Origin: Felis catus
Lineage: Eukaryota
Assembly: GCF_018350175.1 (NCBI RefSeq)
Contig: NC_058368.1
Location: 69,628,001-69,692,000, forward strand
Direction: 5' to 3'
Length of the DNA: 64,000 nucleotides
Position 1 is the stretch's first letter. Each line of letters opens with the position of its first letter. The position numbers were made by a program, and so were the translations under genes. The notes under the pieces are model-generated. The model saw only the letters and a program-made list of their open reading frames with translations. It was not told the DNA's origin and did no database searches. Shown piece after piece: positions 24,890-37,083 of the stretch.

Positions 24890-25093
24890 TTTTTTTTTTT
24901 AACGTTTATTTATACTTGAGAGAGCACTAGCAGGGGAGGGGCAGAGAGAGATAGGGAGGCACAGAATGTGAAGCAGGCGCCAGGCTCTAAGCTGTCAGCA
25001 CAGAGCTGGATGCGGGGCTTGAACCCACAATCGGGAGATCATGACCTGCGCCCAAGTCCAGTAATTCACTGACTGAGCCACCCAGGCGCCCCC
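24890..25093 (-). mobile_element. Can-SINE
   Basis: SINE body. TSD-like attcat(t/c)tac. Confidence 0.9.
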
Positions 25094-25749
25094 ATTCATC
25101 TACTTCTGCAAGTGATCAAAAAACAACGAATCGCCCAGGGTCAAAAGCAGAGAAACCTGGCACTAGGAGGAGCCCAGTTCTCCACAAACATTTTTCATAT
25201 CTTGCTCACTGCATTGTGGGATTGCAAGAAAGCACTAGAAAGCCTCCGCCGTGCATGCGCACATCAAGTCTTGGTGCCAAGGGAGAAGGGGAGTGACTTC
25301 TGTACTAACGACGCCGCGGTTGCAGCGTAGCTAAATTACAGCCAGGGACCTGAAAGCACCCGTTCTCTTCCCAGCCTGGCGTCGGGACTCTGAAATCCAA
25401 TCTGAAGTGTGTTTAATGAGCGTTCTGATCACTGAGGCTCAGTGCGGAGGGGAACAACGAGTGCAGTGTGCCCGCGCAGACAGTTGCGGCCACCCTTGGA
25501 GCCACCGAGGGAGGAAGAATCGCCGCGTTTGTGGACAAGGAGATGGGCAGGCCTAAACATTTAGCTCCTTTCTCCCAGAATGAAAGCTTTGTCCCAGCGC
25601 CCGGACTTTGCTTTTAAAGTTGTAGTTCGCGTTCTCGATCTGGCCGGTGTTTCACAGCAATGGTGATCACGCCGTCTGCTGATGAGGCTGCCGCCATGTT
25701 TCCTGTTGGGCTTTTGAGTCCTTTGCTTCCTTCCCCTCCCCATCATCAT

Positions 25750-26450
25750 AGTTCTTACTTGGTAGAGTTTAGTGAGTACTGGAGCCCGTCCTAAGCGCTT
25801 GGGGTGTAGTGAGTCACGTGAGCCTCACCACAGCCCTGTACAGTGGTTTGATCATCAGGCCCATTCTACAGAAGAGCTAACCGAGGCCCAGAGAGTCACT
25901 TGCCACGGGTCACACCGCCATGGAGTGGAGATCCAGGATTTGCAAGAAGGCAGATGTTTGCATTCTTAATAAGAACATTATGCTGCCCCTCTGCGTCATC
26001 CAAGGGCTGGAGAAACGGCATGAGAAGCCTCTCCCACACTTCAGTGGTCTGATTTCTGTGTTAGTCCTGCCTTGGCAGTGGGAGATCACGGTTGGCTTAT
26101 GTGACACTCACACCAGCTTGCAGGGGCTCTGTCGTACCCCGGTCCTGTTAACTATCACGTGGGCTCCCAACCCTCTTTGGTGCCACCAGCTATGGCCCGT
26201 GTAAAGTGTGGGCCTCTTGGTTTTATCAGCAAGTTTTCTCTAGGACAATTTGAGTCCTCAAAATTACAAGTCTAGGTCTTGAAAGGGGTGAGAGGGAAAT
26301 GGAGAGCCTGGGGGACTCCATGGTTAGGAGCAGATTCTCAGGACTGGGTTTGAATCCCAGCTCCACAGTGAGAGAGCCTGACCTTGGCAAGTCTGTGTCC
26401 TTCTGCCTGGAATGCCTCAGGGCCTGCAGCTTAGGGAGTTACAGGTGTGC
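25750..26450. mobile_element. Two MIR fragments (about 25750-25960 on -, about 26310-26450 on +)
   Basis: cccattctacagaagagctaaccgaggcccagagag; ctgggtttgaatcccagctcc..gaccttggcaagtc. Confidence 0.6.
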
Positions 26451-28085
26451 AAATAATGTGTTCCCTCCGTCCCCAGGGTGAGTCCCCAGGGAGCTGCATC
26501 TGGCCGCCAGTGTCTTTGTTTACTCCAGCTGTTCATCCAGCCGTTATTATTGGTGTCCGTCCGTAAGGGGAAATGGTAGGGACTCTGTTCTGGCTTCTCG
26601 TGTGCCATCAAGAAGTTCTGTGCCCTGCTTGTGATATACCATACTTTGCTTCTCTCTCATGACATTTGGAATCTTCTTTTCACTCTTTGGGTTCCATAAT
26701 TATCCAGATAGTTGCCTTGAAATGGATAGTGCTCATTCATTCTGGGACATGCTCTCTGGCCCTTTGCAACCTAGAAAGTTCTCCCCTTCCATTCTGGAGA
26801 ATTCCCCTACATTTGTGCTCGTATAATTTTGCTTTGCTCTTGGATCTGTCTAGATGGCCCATCGCCCAGAGGTTGGAACTCTTGGACTGAGCCCGCAAAT
26901 GCCCCGTGCCCGTGTCTCGTTGCCATCTCTTGGCCACGAGGTCTCGTTTTGGGGGGTTTTCAACTATATCTTTAAACTCTCCCAGTGAAATTTTTATTTC
27001 TGCGCTGTGTGTTGTTTTTTTTTTTTTTTTTTTTTTTTTATTGCTAAGAGCTCTTGTTATCCAAATATTCCTTATGATAACCTTCTGGGTTGTTGGCTTT
27101 TTGTTGTTGTTGTTGTTGTTGTTGTTTTAGTTATAAACTCTTAGCTATATGGGGATCCAAATTACAGTGTTTTAACAAGTGTTTTCCTTTAGCCTGCATT
27201 ATCAGAAGTACCTGGCCTCTCCCACTTCGGACCCTTTGCGGGGCTCTGTGTAATGTAGCCGTTTCCCTATTGCAGAGTCTCCCTCTGCTCTGTAATTAGA
27301 TTTTAGCATCCTTGTCTGTCATCTTCTAGAATTTGGGGGGAATCTCTCACTTGCTGTCTCTTGTCTCACTTTCTCTGTTTTCTATGAATTTATTCCTTTT
27401 TTTCCCCCTCTCACTGTTCTTTTTTAAGCGGGGTTTCTGGGTGTAGTGGAGACACATGTGTTCAGTCGGCCATTTTTAGCCACAGACTGACATTCTTTCC
27501 ATCGTTTATATTAAGCTGTGTCTGGCAGCGGCCTTGTGCTAAATTTTCTAAGAAAAACATGCATTTATGGACAGTGAGGTGGGTTCCTGTGGAATTTCTC
27601 AAATTGTACTGTCCTTGAACTTCTGCCTCATTGGCAGCTCCTGAGTGTGTGCAGAGGGGCTAGGACGGGGTGGTACCCCGGGGCGGGCTGCTGGGGTGTT
27701 GGGAACGCGTGTGAGCTCTGTGCCCTTCAAACCTGGCTCCGCCCCTCTGACTTCACGGGTGGAAGGGTCTCAGAAGAGAGTATTTCTTAAAAAGGATTTC
27801 AGTTCTAGAACAACGCTCACATCTAAAGCAACCACGGTAAAAAGAGGAGCCTCTTTTAACATCAAGAAAAATTAATTACCTTCCATAATTCGTCTAGCAC
27901 TTGCTGAATATATTTGATTATCAAGTTAGAGAAATTTTGAAGGCCAGGGGCTTTGTTATTCCAAACCCACTTATTGGGTGGTGGTTTCCTTGTAGTCTCT
28001 TCCAAAGGGACCAGGCTGGATGTGACTGCATTGTCCCCGCCCCCTTGTGGCTAAGAGGGGAGTAACAGCCCTACAGAAGGTGGTT

Positions 28086-28541
28086 GTATAAGTTTGCTAG
28101 GGCTGCGGTAACAAAGTCCCACAAACTGGGTGGCTGAAAACAACTAATTGATTCTCCCACAGTTCTGGAGGCTACAAGTCCAAACTCAAGGTGTCATCAG
28201 AGCCATGGTCCCTCCAAGACTCTGAGCAGAATCGTTTTTTGCCTCTTTTTAGCTTTGACCGGTGATGGAGGGGGGGGGGGGGGATGTTAATCCTTGATGT
28301 TCCCTGCTCATAACCACATCATTCGGTCTCTGCCTCTGTTATCACATGGCATTCTCCCAGTGTCTGTCTTCACACCATTTTCTTTCAAGGAACCAGTCAT
28401 ATTGGGTTAAAACCCATGCTAATGGCCTCATCTTAACTTGATTTTATCTCAAGGACCCTGTTTCCAAATAAGGTCATGTTCACAGATACTGGGAGATAGG
28501 ACTTCAGCATAGCATTTTGAGGGACACAATTCAACCCATAC
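28086..28541 (-). mobile_element. MaLR (MLT1C-type) solo LTR
   Basis: tgtataagtttgctagggctgcggtaacaaag..cacagttctggaggctacaagtcc..tttccaaataaggtca..gacacaattcaaccc. Confidence 0.82.
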
Positions 28542-28729
28542 CTGTAGGTTTGGCTTTTTTTTTTTTTTTTTTTTTTTTTTTTCTTTTTGGCCATGGTTGA
28601 CTCTCAAGTTTAGCCTTGATGTTAGCCTCGAGCAGAAGTCAGAGAGACCACGGAGCCAGCCTGCCTGCCCCATGTGTGGAGGATCCACAGGTCACTCAGT
28701 AGCAACTCATCGACTGGCAGGTGACTGGC

Positions 28730-28890
28730 ACCTTGCTACTCAAAGCATAGTCTTTGTAGCAGCAGCAGCCCTGGGGGCTTGTTAGAAATGCAGATTTTCG
28801 CCCCTCACCCGGTGCCTCCTGAGTCAGCACCTGCAGCTTGTTAAGGTCTGCAGGTGATTGACAGGCACAAGTCAGAAGTGCTCTTCTGAA
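28730..28890. mobile_element. MER5-type hAT MITE
   Basis: gctactcaaag..cagcagc..ttgttagaaatgcagatt..ctgagtcag..caggtgatt. Confidence 0.6.
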
Positions 28891-29219
28891 TCACCTCCAG
28901 CGGGGATCCTTGGTATGGCCTCTGCCCTTGGGGACATTGGCACGCAGCCCACTGATGTGGTAGCCAGGTTTTGTATCACATGACATTGCAGAGGCATGCC
29001 TTGGGGGCTGGAAAATGGCTCCTCCTTCTCCATGTCAACTCCCTCCCCGGCCGTTAATTCTATAAGTTAACATTTTCCCTACACGGCAGAAGCAGCATTA
29101 CTTGAGAACTTGTTCTTATGTGCCAGGGCCTTTGCTAATAACCACTTTGCAATCACAGTTTTGAGTCTTACATTAATCCTGGGAGACGGATGATAATGTC
29201 TCCAGTCCTATCATGACTC

Positions 29220-29385
29220 ATGTCCTGTGGACTGAATTCTGCTCCCCTGCCCTCAGTTCATAAATTGAAGCCCTAACTTTTATTGTGGCCATATTTGGAG
29301 TAAGGTAGTAATTAAGGTCAAATGAAGTCATAGAGGTGAAACCCTGATCGAAAAGGATTAGTATTTTTCTAGGAAGAGACACCTG
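29220..29385 (+). mobile_element. MaLR LTR 5' fragment
   Basis: tgtggactgaatt..cccc..attgaagccctaac..atatttggag..taattaaggt. Confidence 0.65.
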
Positions 29386-30723
29386 AGAGGTCTCCCTCTC
29401 CCCTCTCCCCTCCCCCTCCCCACATAGCACTTACCATATATTTAGCTGGTTGTTTGTCTGTAGCCCCAACTCAGGGATATTTGTATTGATTTCTGTTCCT
29501 TCAGCACTTAGCCCAGCGCGTGTGTGTCTCTCAAGCCCCGTGTACTTAGTACATCCCCCCACCTGGCCAAAAACTAGCAACGGGCCATGAGGGAATCTGC
29601 AGTGTTCTGATGCCCTAAGATTAGACTTGTTGAGGGTTGGTGAGTTATAGGACTTTGGATAATATTCTAATAGGTATTCATGGTAAGAAAAAGGGGGCCA
29701 AAGGCCTTAGAGAGAAGCCATTCTCTGCTGGATCAGAGCGTGCCCTGGTTGTCATGGTTGCGTTAATCCTAAACCAGGAAGGGGGGGAAAAAAACCACTT
29801 CCAGAAACAGCTTTCTGAAACCTCAGCAGATGCAGAATTTTTAAAACCTAGTCAAACATTATCTTTATAGATTTGTGTCTATGAGATTGTTTCTGAGAGG
29901 TTAGAACCTTAGCTTGTCTCAAGTATAGGGGAAATCGTTTGTTCAGATGCTTTGAGGAATTAGGGAGAGAGAGGAAAATACCACCCCACCTCCCGCCCCA
30001 GAAAGAATTGTCTTTATTCTTTTGGAGGAGAAGAAAAATACTCCCACATAAAACTTTATGTAATAGAAATAGCCTGAGGGCATAGATATATTTTAAAGGT
30101 ACAATAAACTAGAGCAGCTTTGATTCACAGTTTTTAGTACCTTAAAACCAAATGCGAATGTTTATACTATTTGTTATTCGATATTTAGTGGCCAGACATT
30201 CTCCAAGAATGCGAACCTCTTCTGAAAATGTACTCTTATAGATTCTATGAAAAGCCCATTCAAAATGGAGAAAATGAACACGGACGCCGAGTTTGAAATC
30301 AGCCACATTGTTTGTGCGCTGGGCTAAAATTCAAATGCCTTTTGCAGCATCATTAAAAGTAGCCAATAAGAAAAATGTGATTATGTAGTTTCGCTAATTG
30401 CTGATTTGTTCTCCAGGATGAAACATATAATTACTATTTGGTGTCTTTTCTGTAAGGCTCACATGTCTAGAATACTTGAATCAAGACTGGCTAAGTATGG
30501 GGCTGGCCAGATTGACAGTTTCTTAGAGGCTGTGGGAGTCTTAGAGATCTGTTTCCTCCCCTCCAATACTAACACTTGGTGATCATTAACACAACTCATT
30601 TGTCGTAAGATCCTTTCCATGTTAAACTTCCTAACATATGTAAGTTTTCAAACGATGTGTAAATTACTCGGTTTCCCTTCCTTGTGTAGCTTGTACAGCA
30701 TTGAATAGGATTGTGTGTGTATG

Positions 30724-30932
30724 TTTTTTGTATTCTTTTAATGTTTATTTTTGAGAGAGACCGAGCATGAGAGGGGGAGGGGGAAAGAGAGAGGGAGACA
30801 CAGAGTCCAAAGCAGGCTCCAGGTTCTGAGCCATCAGCACAGACCCCGATGCGGGGCTCAAACCCACCAACTGCGAGATCATGACCCGAGCCAAAGTTGG
30901 ACGCTTAACCGACTGAGCCACCCAGGCACCCC
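30724..30932 (-). mobile_element. Can-SINE
   Basis: SINE body. TSD-like attgtgtgtgt. Confidence 0.9.
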
Positions 30933-31464
30933 GAATTGTGTGTGTGTGTCTTAAAGTAAGTCCCCCTTTGAGAAAATACCTTTATGGTTCAGTCTTTCTC
31001 AAGGTCTCTGCTTCATGCTTTGCTAGCTTTATCCATGCTGTTGCCTCCTCCCCCTCTTCACACTTCATCAGCTTATTTCTAGATTTGTGCTAGCAAAAGG
31101 GCTTGTGCTTTTATAGCTCTTTGAACCCCATCACTGGCTTCCAGTGCAAAGCCTAACCCAAATGCAAAATTTGTGGTACTCCAGCAACGTTCATTTCATG
31201 CCAAACACATAAAAGGTCTCTTTGAACTGAGAAATTGTAACAAACGTTGGGTGCACACACATAGGTGTTCACTCTCGCTCCCCGTGTGATCAGGCCTTCG
31301 CAGCCACTCTTCCAGGAGCTAGTCCTGCCCCTCAATATAACGTTCTAAGAAGAACTCATTTTCTTGTTCTTAAAAAAGTTGAAACTGATTCTACAGTGCA
31401 TCACAGCTATTTAAGGATGTGAACCCCATCCTCAGTTACTTTTTCTGGTTTTTCTCTTCTGCAT

Positions 31465-31644
31465 TTTTAAAAAACATTTTGTTTTTTTTAAACAAAATGG
31501 GGTGGAGGGACAGAGAGAATCTTAAGCAGGCTTCATGCTCAGTGAGGAGCCCAGTGTGGGTTCCATCCCATGACCCCGGGATCATGAACTGAGCCAAAAT
31601 CAAGAGTCAGATCCTCAACCGACTGAGCCACCCTGAGGCATCCC
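31465..31644 (-). mobile_element. Can-SINE, followed by an L1M 3' fragment (about 31650-31765)
   Basis: atcatgaactgagccaaaatcaagagtcag; cagcggcattaagtatattcaca. Confidence 0.82.
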
Positions 31645-31944
31645 TACATTTTTTTTATTGTGATAAAACATATATAACGCAACATTTACCATTTTAGCCA
31701 TTAAGTATACAAATTCAGCGGCATTAAGTATATTCACAGTGTGATGCAACCAACACGACCATCCATTTTACATACTGTGATGTGATTCTGAACAAAATTA
31801 CTCTTAGAGTGAAGTTAAAAAACGTGCGTTGGAGACAAGCATTGGGGAACAATGGGGCAGACTGTAGGAGTAAATTCACCGCAGGAAGTAAAGGAGGGAT
31901 GATCTTTCTTAGAGAATGAAAGTGAAATCTTTTCCTCCTTTTAT

Positions 31945-32134
31945 TTGCTTTTTTATTTTAGAGAGTGTGTGAGCAGAGAGGAGGGCCAGAGGGAAAGAGA
32001 GAGAGAATCTTAAGCAGGCTCCATGCTCAGTGCGGAGCCGGATTTGGGCTCGATCCCACAACCCTGGGACTATGACCTCAGCCAAAATCAAGAGTCGGAT
32101 GCTCAACCAACCGACTGAGCCACCCAGGCACCCC
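31945..32134 (-). mobile_element. Can-SINE
   Basis: TSD-like tcttttcct(c/t)cttt. Confidence 0.88.
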
Positions 32135-33099
32135 TCTTTTCCTTCTTTATTAGACGTTACTGTTTTTCACATTTCCTGCCATCAGTTCACGTGAAACGAT
32201 TCTGCCAGAGACCCTTAAACCAGGCACTCAAAGAGCCTAGTGAGTTTGGGATCATCCATGGAGAATATTGTGTACCTTCAGATAGCTCTGGCTATCTTCT
32301 GGATTTCCGTGACGAGGAATATGGGAATATATAAAGTGGCATCTGTTTAAAAAAATGCTAAACCTCTGGACACTGAAGCATCTTTGACGCCTCCTCGGGT
32401 CATGCCTGGCCAGGCTAATGGACATGCCCATCACTGTATTAGTCAGGCTCTCTTACTGACCATTGGTCTCCTGAGTTGCTAATTGGTTCCTAACATGTTC
32501 TGCTCTTCTCAGAGGGAAGGTGGAAGTATAAAAGCAGTAACTGTCGAGGACTGTGTCTTTGAAACATTTTTCTTCCAGCGTTTGATCCGTGTGATGGAAT
32601 TGGATCCATTTTACTAGCGGGTCATTAGGAATCCACCAGGCAGTGAAGAGAAACCAAGGCATTTAGGGTAGAAATAGGGGTCTTATATATCATATTCCCT
32701 TTTCCTGTAGGTTCAGTATATAGAAAATGATTTCAGCTGGCATTTGAGTGAGTGCCAGGTGCTTTGCTGGCCAATAAGAATATAAAGGTGAACTCTAAAG
32801 TAGCCCAGAATTTAACTGGAGAGACAGGCTTGTATATACATAACCATATATAATACTGTGGAATGAGTAAGTTTTATTCATCTGTTCATCCACTTCAAAA
32901 TTGGTCAGTCTTTAGGCTCTGCGGATACAGAGATTAATAAAATGCGCTCTTACCTTCAGTGTGGGTGTCGTATGGATGAGAATTTGCGCAAAGTCCTAGG
33001 GGAACCTAAGAAAGAAAGCCATAATTTCTGCCTTATTTGTGGAGGAAGGGAAAAGGAACAGGGACTGGGGTTCCACTTCCACAAAAAGAACACAGAATC

Positions 33100-34005
33100 A
33101 TGAGCTGAAAACTTCTGTCCATACAAAACCCACACATAAATATTTATGGCAGCTTTCTCCTCCTCCTCCTCCTCCTCCTCCTCCTCCTCCTCCTCCTCCT
33201 CCTCCTCCTCCTCCTCCTCAATATAATTTATTGTCAAGTTAGCTACCATACAGTGTGTATAGGGTGCTCATGGTTTTGGGGGTAGATTCCCGAGATTCAC
33301 CGCTTACATACAACACCCAACGCTCATCCCAACGAGTGCCCTCCTCAATGCCTATTTTAGCAGCTTTCTTCTTAATTGCCTGAACTGGGGTCGTAACCAA
33401 GATGTCGTTCAGTGGGTGAATGGATAAATAACCTGTGGTACATTCACACAAGGGAATATTATTCAGCAATAAAAGAAATGAACTAGGAAGCCACGAAAAG
33501 ACATCTAGGGACCTACGTGCGTGCTGCTGAGCAACAGAAGCCAATAGGAGAAGGTTACGTACCGTACGATTCCAAACGTATGACATTCTGGAAGAAGTGA
33601 GACTGGAGACAGTAGAAAGACCAGTGGTAGCCAGGAGTTCGGAGAAGGGGGGGAGGGTTGACTAGATGGCGCATGGTGGATTCTTAGGATGGTGAAACTA
33701 TCCTCCTTGATCCTGTAATGGTGTCTCCATGATATTACATGTTAGGATACACAATATTACATGTTTGTCAGGAAGTATAGAACTGTACAATGCAGAGTGA
33801 ACCCTAATGTCAACTGTGGACTCTGGGCGATGATAATGTATCAGTGTTGGCTCAATATTTGTAATCACTGTTCCACATGGATGCAAGATTAAGAATAAGG
33901 GATTCTATGTGTGTGGTGAGAAGAGCTATGTTGGAATTCTCTGTACTTTGTCTTCAGTTTTCTGTAAATCTAAAACTTCCCTAAAAAATAAAGTCTATTT
34001 CTAAA
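33100..34005 (+). mobile_element. Ancient L1M 3' end, interrupted by the young L1
   Basis: tggataaataacctgtggtacattcacaca, tattcagcaataaaagaaatgaacta, agagtgaaccctaatgt, ttttctgtaaatctaaaact..aaaaataaagt. Confidence 0.8.
33157..33352 (-). mobile_element. 5'-truncated young felid L1 3' end with an (AGG)n tail
   Basis: Minus strand reads ggcattgaggagggcactcgttgggatgag..aacttgacaataaattatatt, then (GAG)21. TSD-like tattt..gcagctttct on both sides. Confidence 0.85.
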
Positions 34006-34255
34006 AAGGGGGTGGTGCCTGGGACCGTGCTGGGGAGAAAATGGCAGAGAATTATCATCTAAAGCCTGGAAAAGGCTCAGAGGTATGTGGCCGGGGGTCT
34101 GGTGATCAGGCGGTCAGGGTTCTGGAAGGTGGGTGGCGGCAAGCTGAGAAGGGCTGAAGATTCAGGAATGAAGAGGCTTCTGGTGGTGGGAGCCATGGTT
34201 TGTTTTCATATCTGCCTGTCTCAGAGGGGGTGACTCCTGTTGTTTCTGTTTCCAG

Positions 34256-34360
34256 CAAAGAGCCCCTGGGAAAGTGTTGCTGGATGCAGTTTGCAACCAC
34301 CTCAACCTCGTGGAAGGGGACTATTTTGGCCTCGAGTTTCCCGACCACAAAAAGATCACG
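34256..34360 (+). CDS. FARP1: FARP1 internal coding exon (equivalent to exon 3), 105 nt, phase 0-0, FERM N-lobe: QRAPGKVLLDAVCNHLNLVEGDYFGLEFPDHKKIT
   Basis: Acceptor tgtttctgtttccag| and donor |gtaagt. Translation has the FERM/band 4.1 motif HLNLVEGDYFGL and matches FARP1 as I recall it. Confidence 0.96.
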
Positions 34361-34654
34361 GTAAGTGATGGGAAATTAATGTTGCTATTTTACCATCTGT
34401 TCAGCTTGGGAAAGGAGAGGAGTCAGTCTGGTTCTTTGGCCATGCATACATGTCCTAGAAGAAAAACAGCCAGAAAGCCCTTGTTAAACTGTTTTGAAAG
34501 TACTATGTGCATAGGATTAGCAAGTTCAAAGAGCTTGATGAACACCAGCTCCCTCTGACCCTTTTCCCTTGCCTGTCCCTCCAGAAACCACCATTACCAG
34601 TTGCTTCTGTACCCTTCTAATAAAAGTCTGCGTTATGTGTCTGTACACACACAT

Positions 34655-34860
34655 TTTTTTTAAGTTTATTATTATTATTTTTTTTTTTGAGAGAGAGAGA
34701 AAGAGTGAGAGAGAGCAGAGAAGGTGCAGAGGGAGAATTCCAAGCTCTGAACTCTCAGTGCAGAGCCCAGTACTGGGCTGGATCCCATGAACCTCAAGAT
34801 CATGACCTGAGCTAAAATCAAGAGTCTGATGCTTAACTGACTGAGCCACCCAGGCGCCCC
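34655..34860 (-). mobile_element. Can-SINE within degraded L1M-like sequence (about 34560-35230)
   Basis: SINE body ending caggcgcccc. Confidence 0.9.
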
Positions 34861-35637
34861 ACACGCATACTTTTGAAACACACTAATGTGTGTAAACAAC
34901 ATATAATGTCATGTACCTTACACTCTACTTCAGTTAATGTATCATGAAGATCTCTTCTTTCCCATGCATAGAATCCCCTGCCTTCTTCTCCATTGCATGC
35001 TATTCCGCTGAATAGACATGACCGTGATTGACATCTGTTGTAGATGATGGGGTACTTAGTCTGTTTCTAGTCTCTTGCTTTTACAACAAAGGAAGCTACC
35101 GCAAGTACACTGAAGCTTACGTTCAAGTTTCAGTACATGAGATCCAAGGGCATGGGGTTGCCCGATCCATAGGTTTGATCATTGTAAAATTTGAAAAATA
35201 CGTCATGCTCTTTACAAAGGTTTTGCCCATTTGAACCCAAAAGTTAGAACATAGCTTATTGTTCCTTTTGTGTTTTGGCTAATGGCACTTTCTTAAGGCT
35301 GTATCTGACTCTTGTATTAGGCACCCTACGCAACTATAAGTTCATTGACTGTATTTCTATTTATTCTTCCATTCTGTATACAGAGTAGCTAGGACTTGCT
35401 AGCCACTGCTCCAGGGATCCAGTAACTAAGGTGCAGGGAATGTATGATCCGGGCGGGGTGTCAAGCTTAGTCAGTGACCAGCACAGGGCATGTGACAGGT
35501 GTTTTCCATTGGAGCCAGGGAGCATTGGGCAGTGGGGGTAACAAATAACATTGGTGTTCAGGAAATCCTTCCCAGATACTACAAAGCTGAGTCCCATGAG
35601 GCCAGTAGGAGTTGACCTAATAGAAAGAATGTTCCAT

Positions 35638-35848
35638 GGAAGCCTAGGTGTCTCAGTTGGTTAAGCATCCAACTTTGGCTCAGGTCATGATCTCACGGTT
35701 CGTGGGTTCGAGTCCCATGTCGGGCTCTGTGTTGACAGCTCAGAGCCCAGAGCTTGCTTCAGATTCTGTGTCTCCCCCTCTCTCTCTGCCCCTTCCCCAC
35801 TCGTGCTCTCTGTCTCCCTCTCAAGAATAAATAAACATTAAAAATAAT
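35638..35848 (+). mobile_element. Can-SINE
   Basis: SINE body. TSD-like agaatgttc. Confidence 0.9.
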
Positions 35849-36021
35849 AGAATGTTCTAGTGAGAGGGGGGACCCATGTGTAAAGAGCAGAAAACAACCT
35901 GCAGGAACGTGCAAGGAAGGCTGGGGGTGACAGGTAAGGAGGAGAGAGGCTTAGGTGAAGGAGGTGAGAAAGAGGAAACTGAAAAGTAGGCAGGGAGCCA
36001 CATCTCAAAGGACTTTTATAC

Positions 36022-36328
36022 CATTGCCGTCCAGTAAAAATAAAATATGAGCCACGTATGTAATTGCACATTTTCTAGCAGTTTTGTTTAAAAAAAAAAA
36101 GTGAAATTAAAAGTATGTGTAACTTAATGTAATACGTCCAAAACCATTACCATTTCAACATGTGATCAGGAGCAAAAACTATGAATAAACTATTTCACAT
36201 TTTTTCATGCGGAGCCTTTGAGTCTGGTGTGCATCCAACACAGACAGACCCTCTTGATTCATGCCATCCGCATTGCAGGTGCTCAGGAGACACGTGTAGC
36301 TAGCGGCTATTGTGTGGGACAGCACAGT
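36022..36328 (+). mobile_element. MER33-type hAT/Charlie MITE
   Basis: gtccagtaaaaata..gagccacgtatgtaatt..catttcaacatgtg..gtagctagcggcta..ggacagcacag. Confidence 0.75.
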
Positions 36329-36859
36329 TCTGTACCAAGCTCGTGTGTTCGGGAAGCTGTCAGTGTGTTTTAAAGGGAACATGGTATGATCTGTTTTATG
36401 GTTTAGAAAGACGACTGGGCTGTACTGCAATAGGAAAAGACTAGAATCAGGAAGGCCGTTAGGGGTTTGCTGTGTTTCTGGCTGGAGGCGTAGTGGCAAG
36501 GGATTACGGGAGAACCGAGGTGGTGGGCTGGAGTGAGATGGGTGGATTCAAGAGGTTTTGGAGGAGGAGGTAGTTGGGGATGTGACTGAATGGATGGGCT
36601 TGTGAGACAAAGCCGGCTCAGAGCAGCTGGGTTTTCCAGCTTTGCCATCTGGGGGACAGTGGTACCAATCGCTGGGGATGAAAGCCTCACCATGTCTGCG
36701 AAGAGATAAAGACAATGAGTTCCATCCCAGACATGAGGACTTGGGGGTGTCAGTGGACATCCCAGTGGAGACATCCAGTGGGCAGGGCCTGTGGGTGTAT
36801 TTTCCAGAGCACAGGAAACAGATGTGAGCTGAAATGGAGATTTAAGACTCATAGGACTG

Positions 36860-37083
36860 TTTTTTGTAATTAAATGTTTGTTTATTTTGAGAGAGTGTGT
36901 GTGTGTGTGTGTGCACGCAAGCAGGGGAGAGGCAGAGAGAGACGGAGAGAGAGAATCCCAACCATGCTTCTCAGTGTCAGCACGGAGCCCGACGCAGGGC
37001 TCAATCTCATAAACTGTGAGATCATGACCTGAGCCGAAATCAAGAGTTGGACGCTTAACTGACTGAGCCACTCGGGCTCCCCC
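36860..37083 (-). mobile_element. Can-SINE with internal (GT)n
   Basis: SINE body. Confidence 0.9.

Noticed and set aside
34274..34558. 94-aa ORF here and 104-aa ORF at 55915-56229 as standalone genes
   Set aside because: Only the exon parts are FARP1; the remainder is intron read-through.
36403..37071. 222-aa minus-strand ORF, the longest in the track
   Set aside because: It starts in a SINE head (MAQSVKRPT) and continues through L2 sequence, with no recognisable domain.
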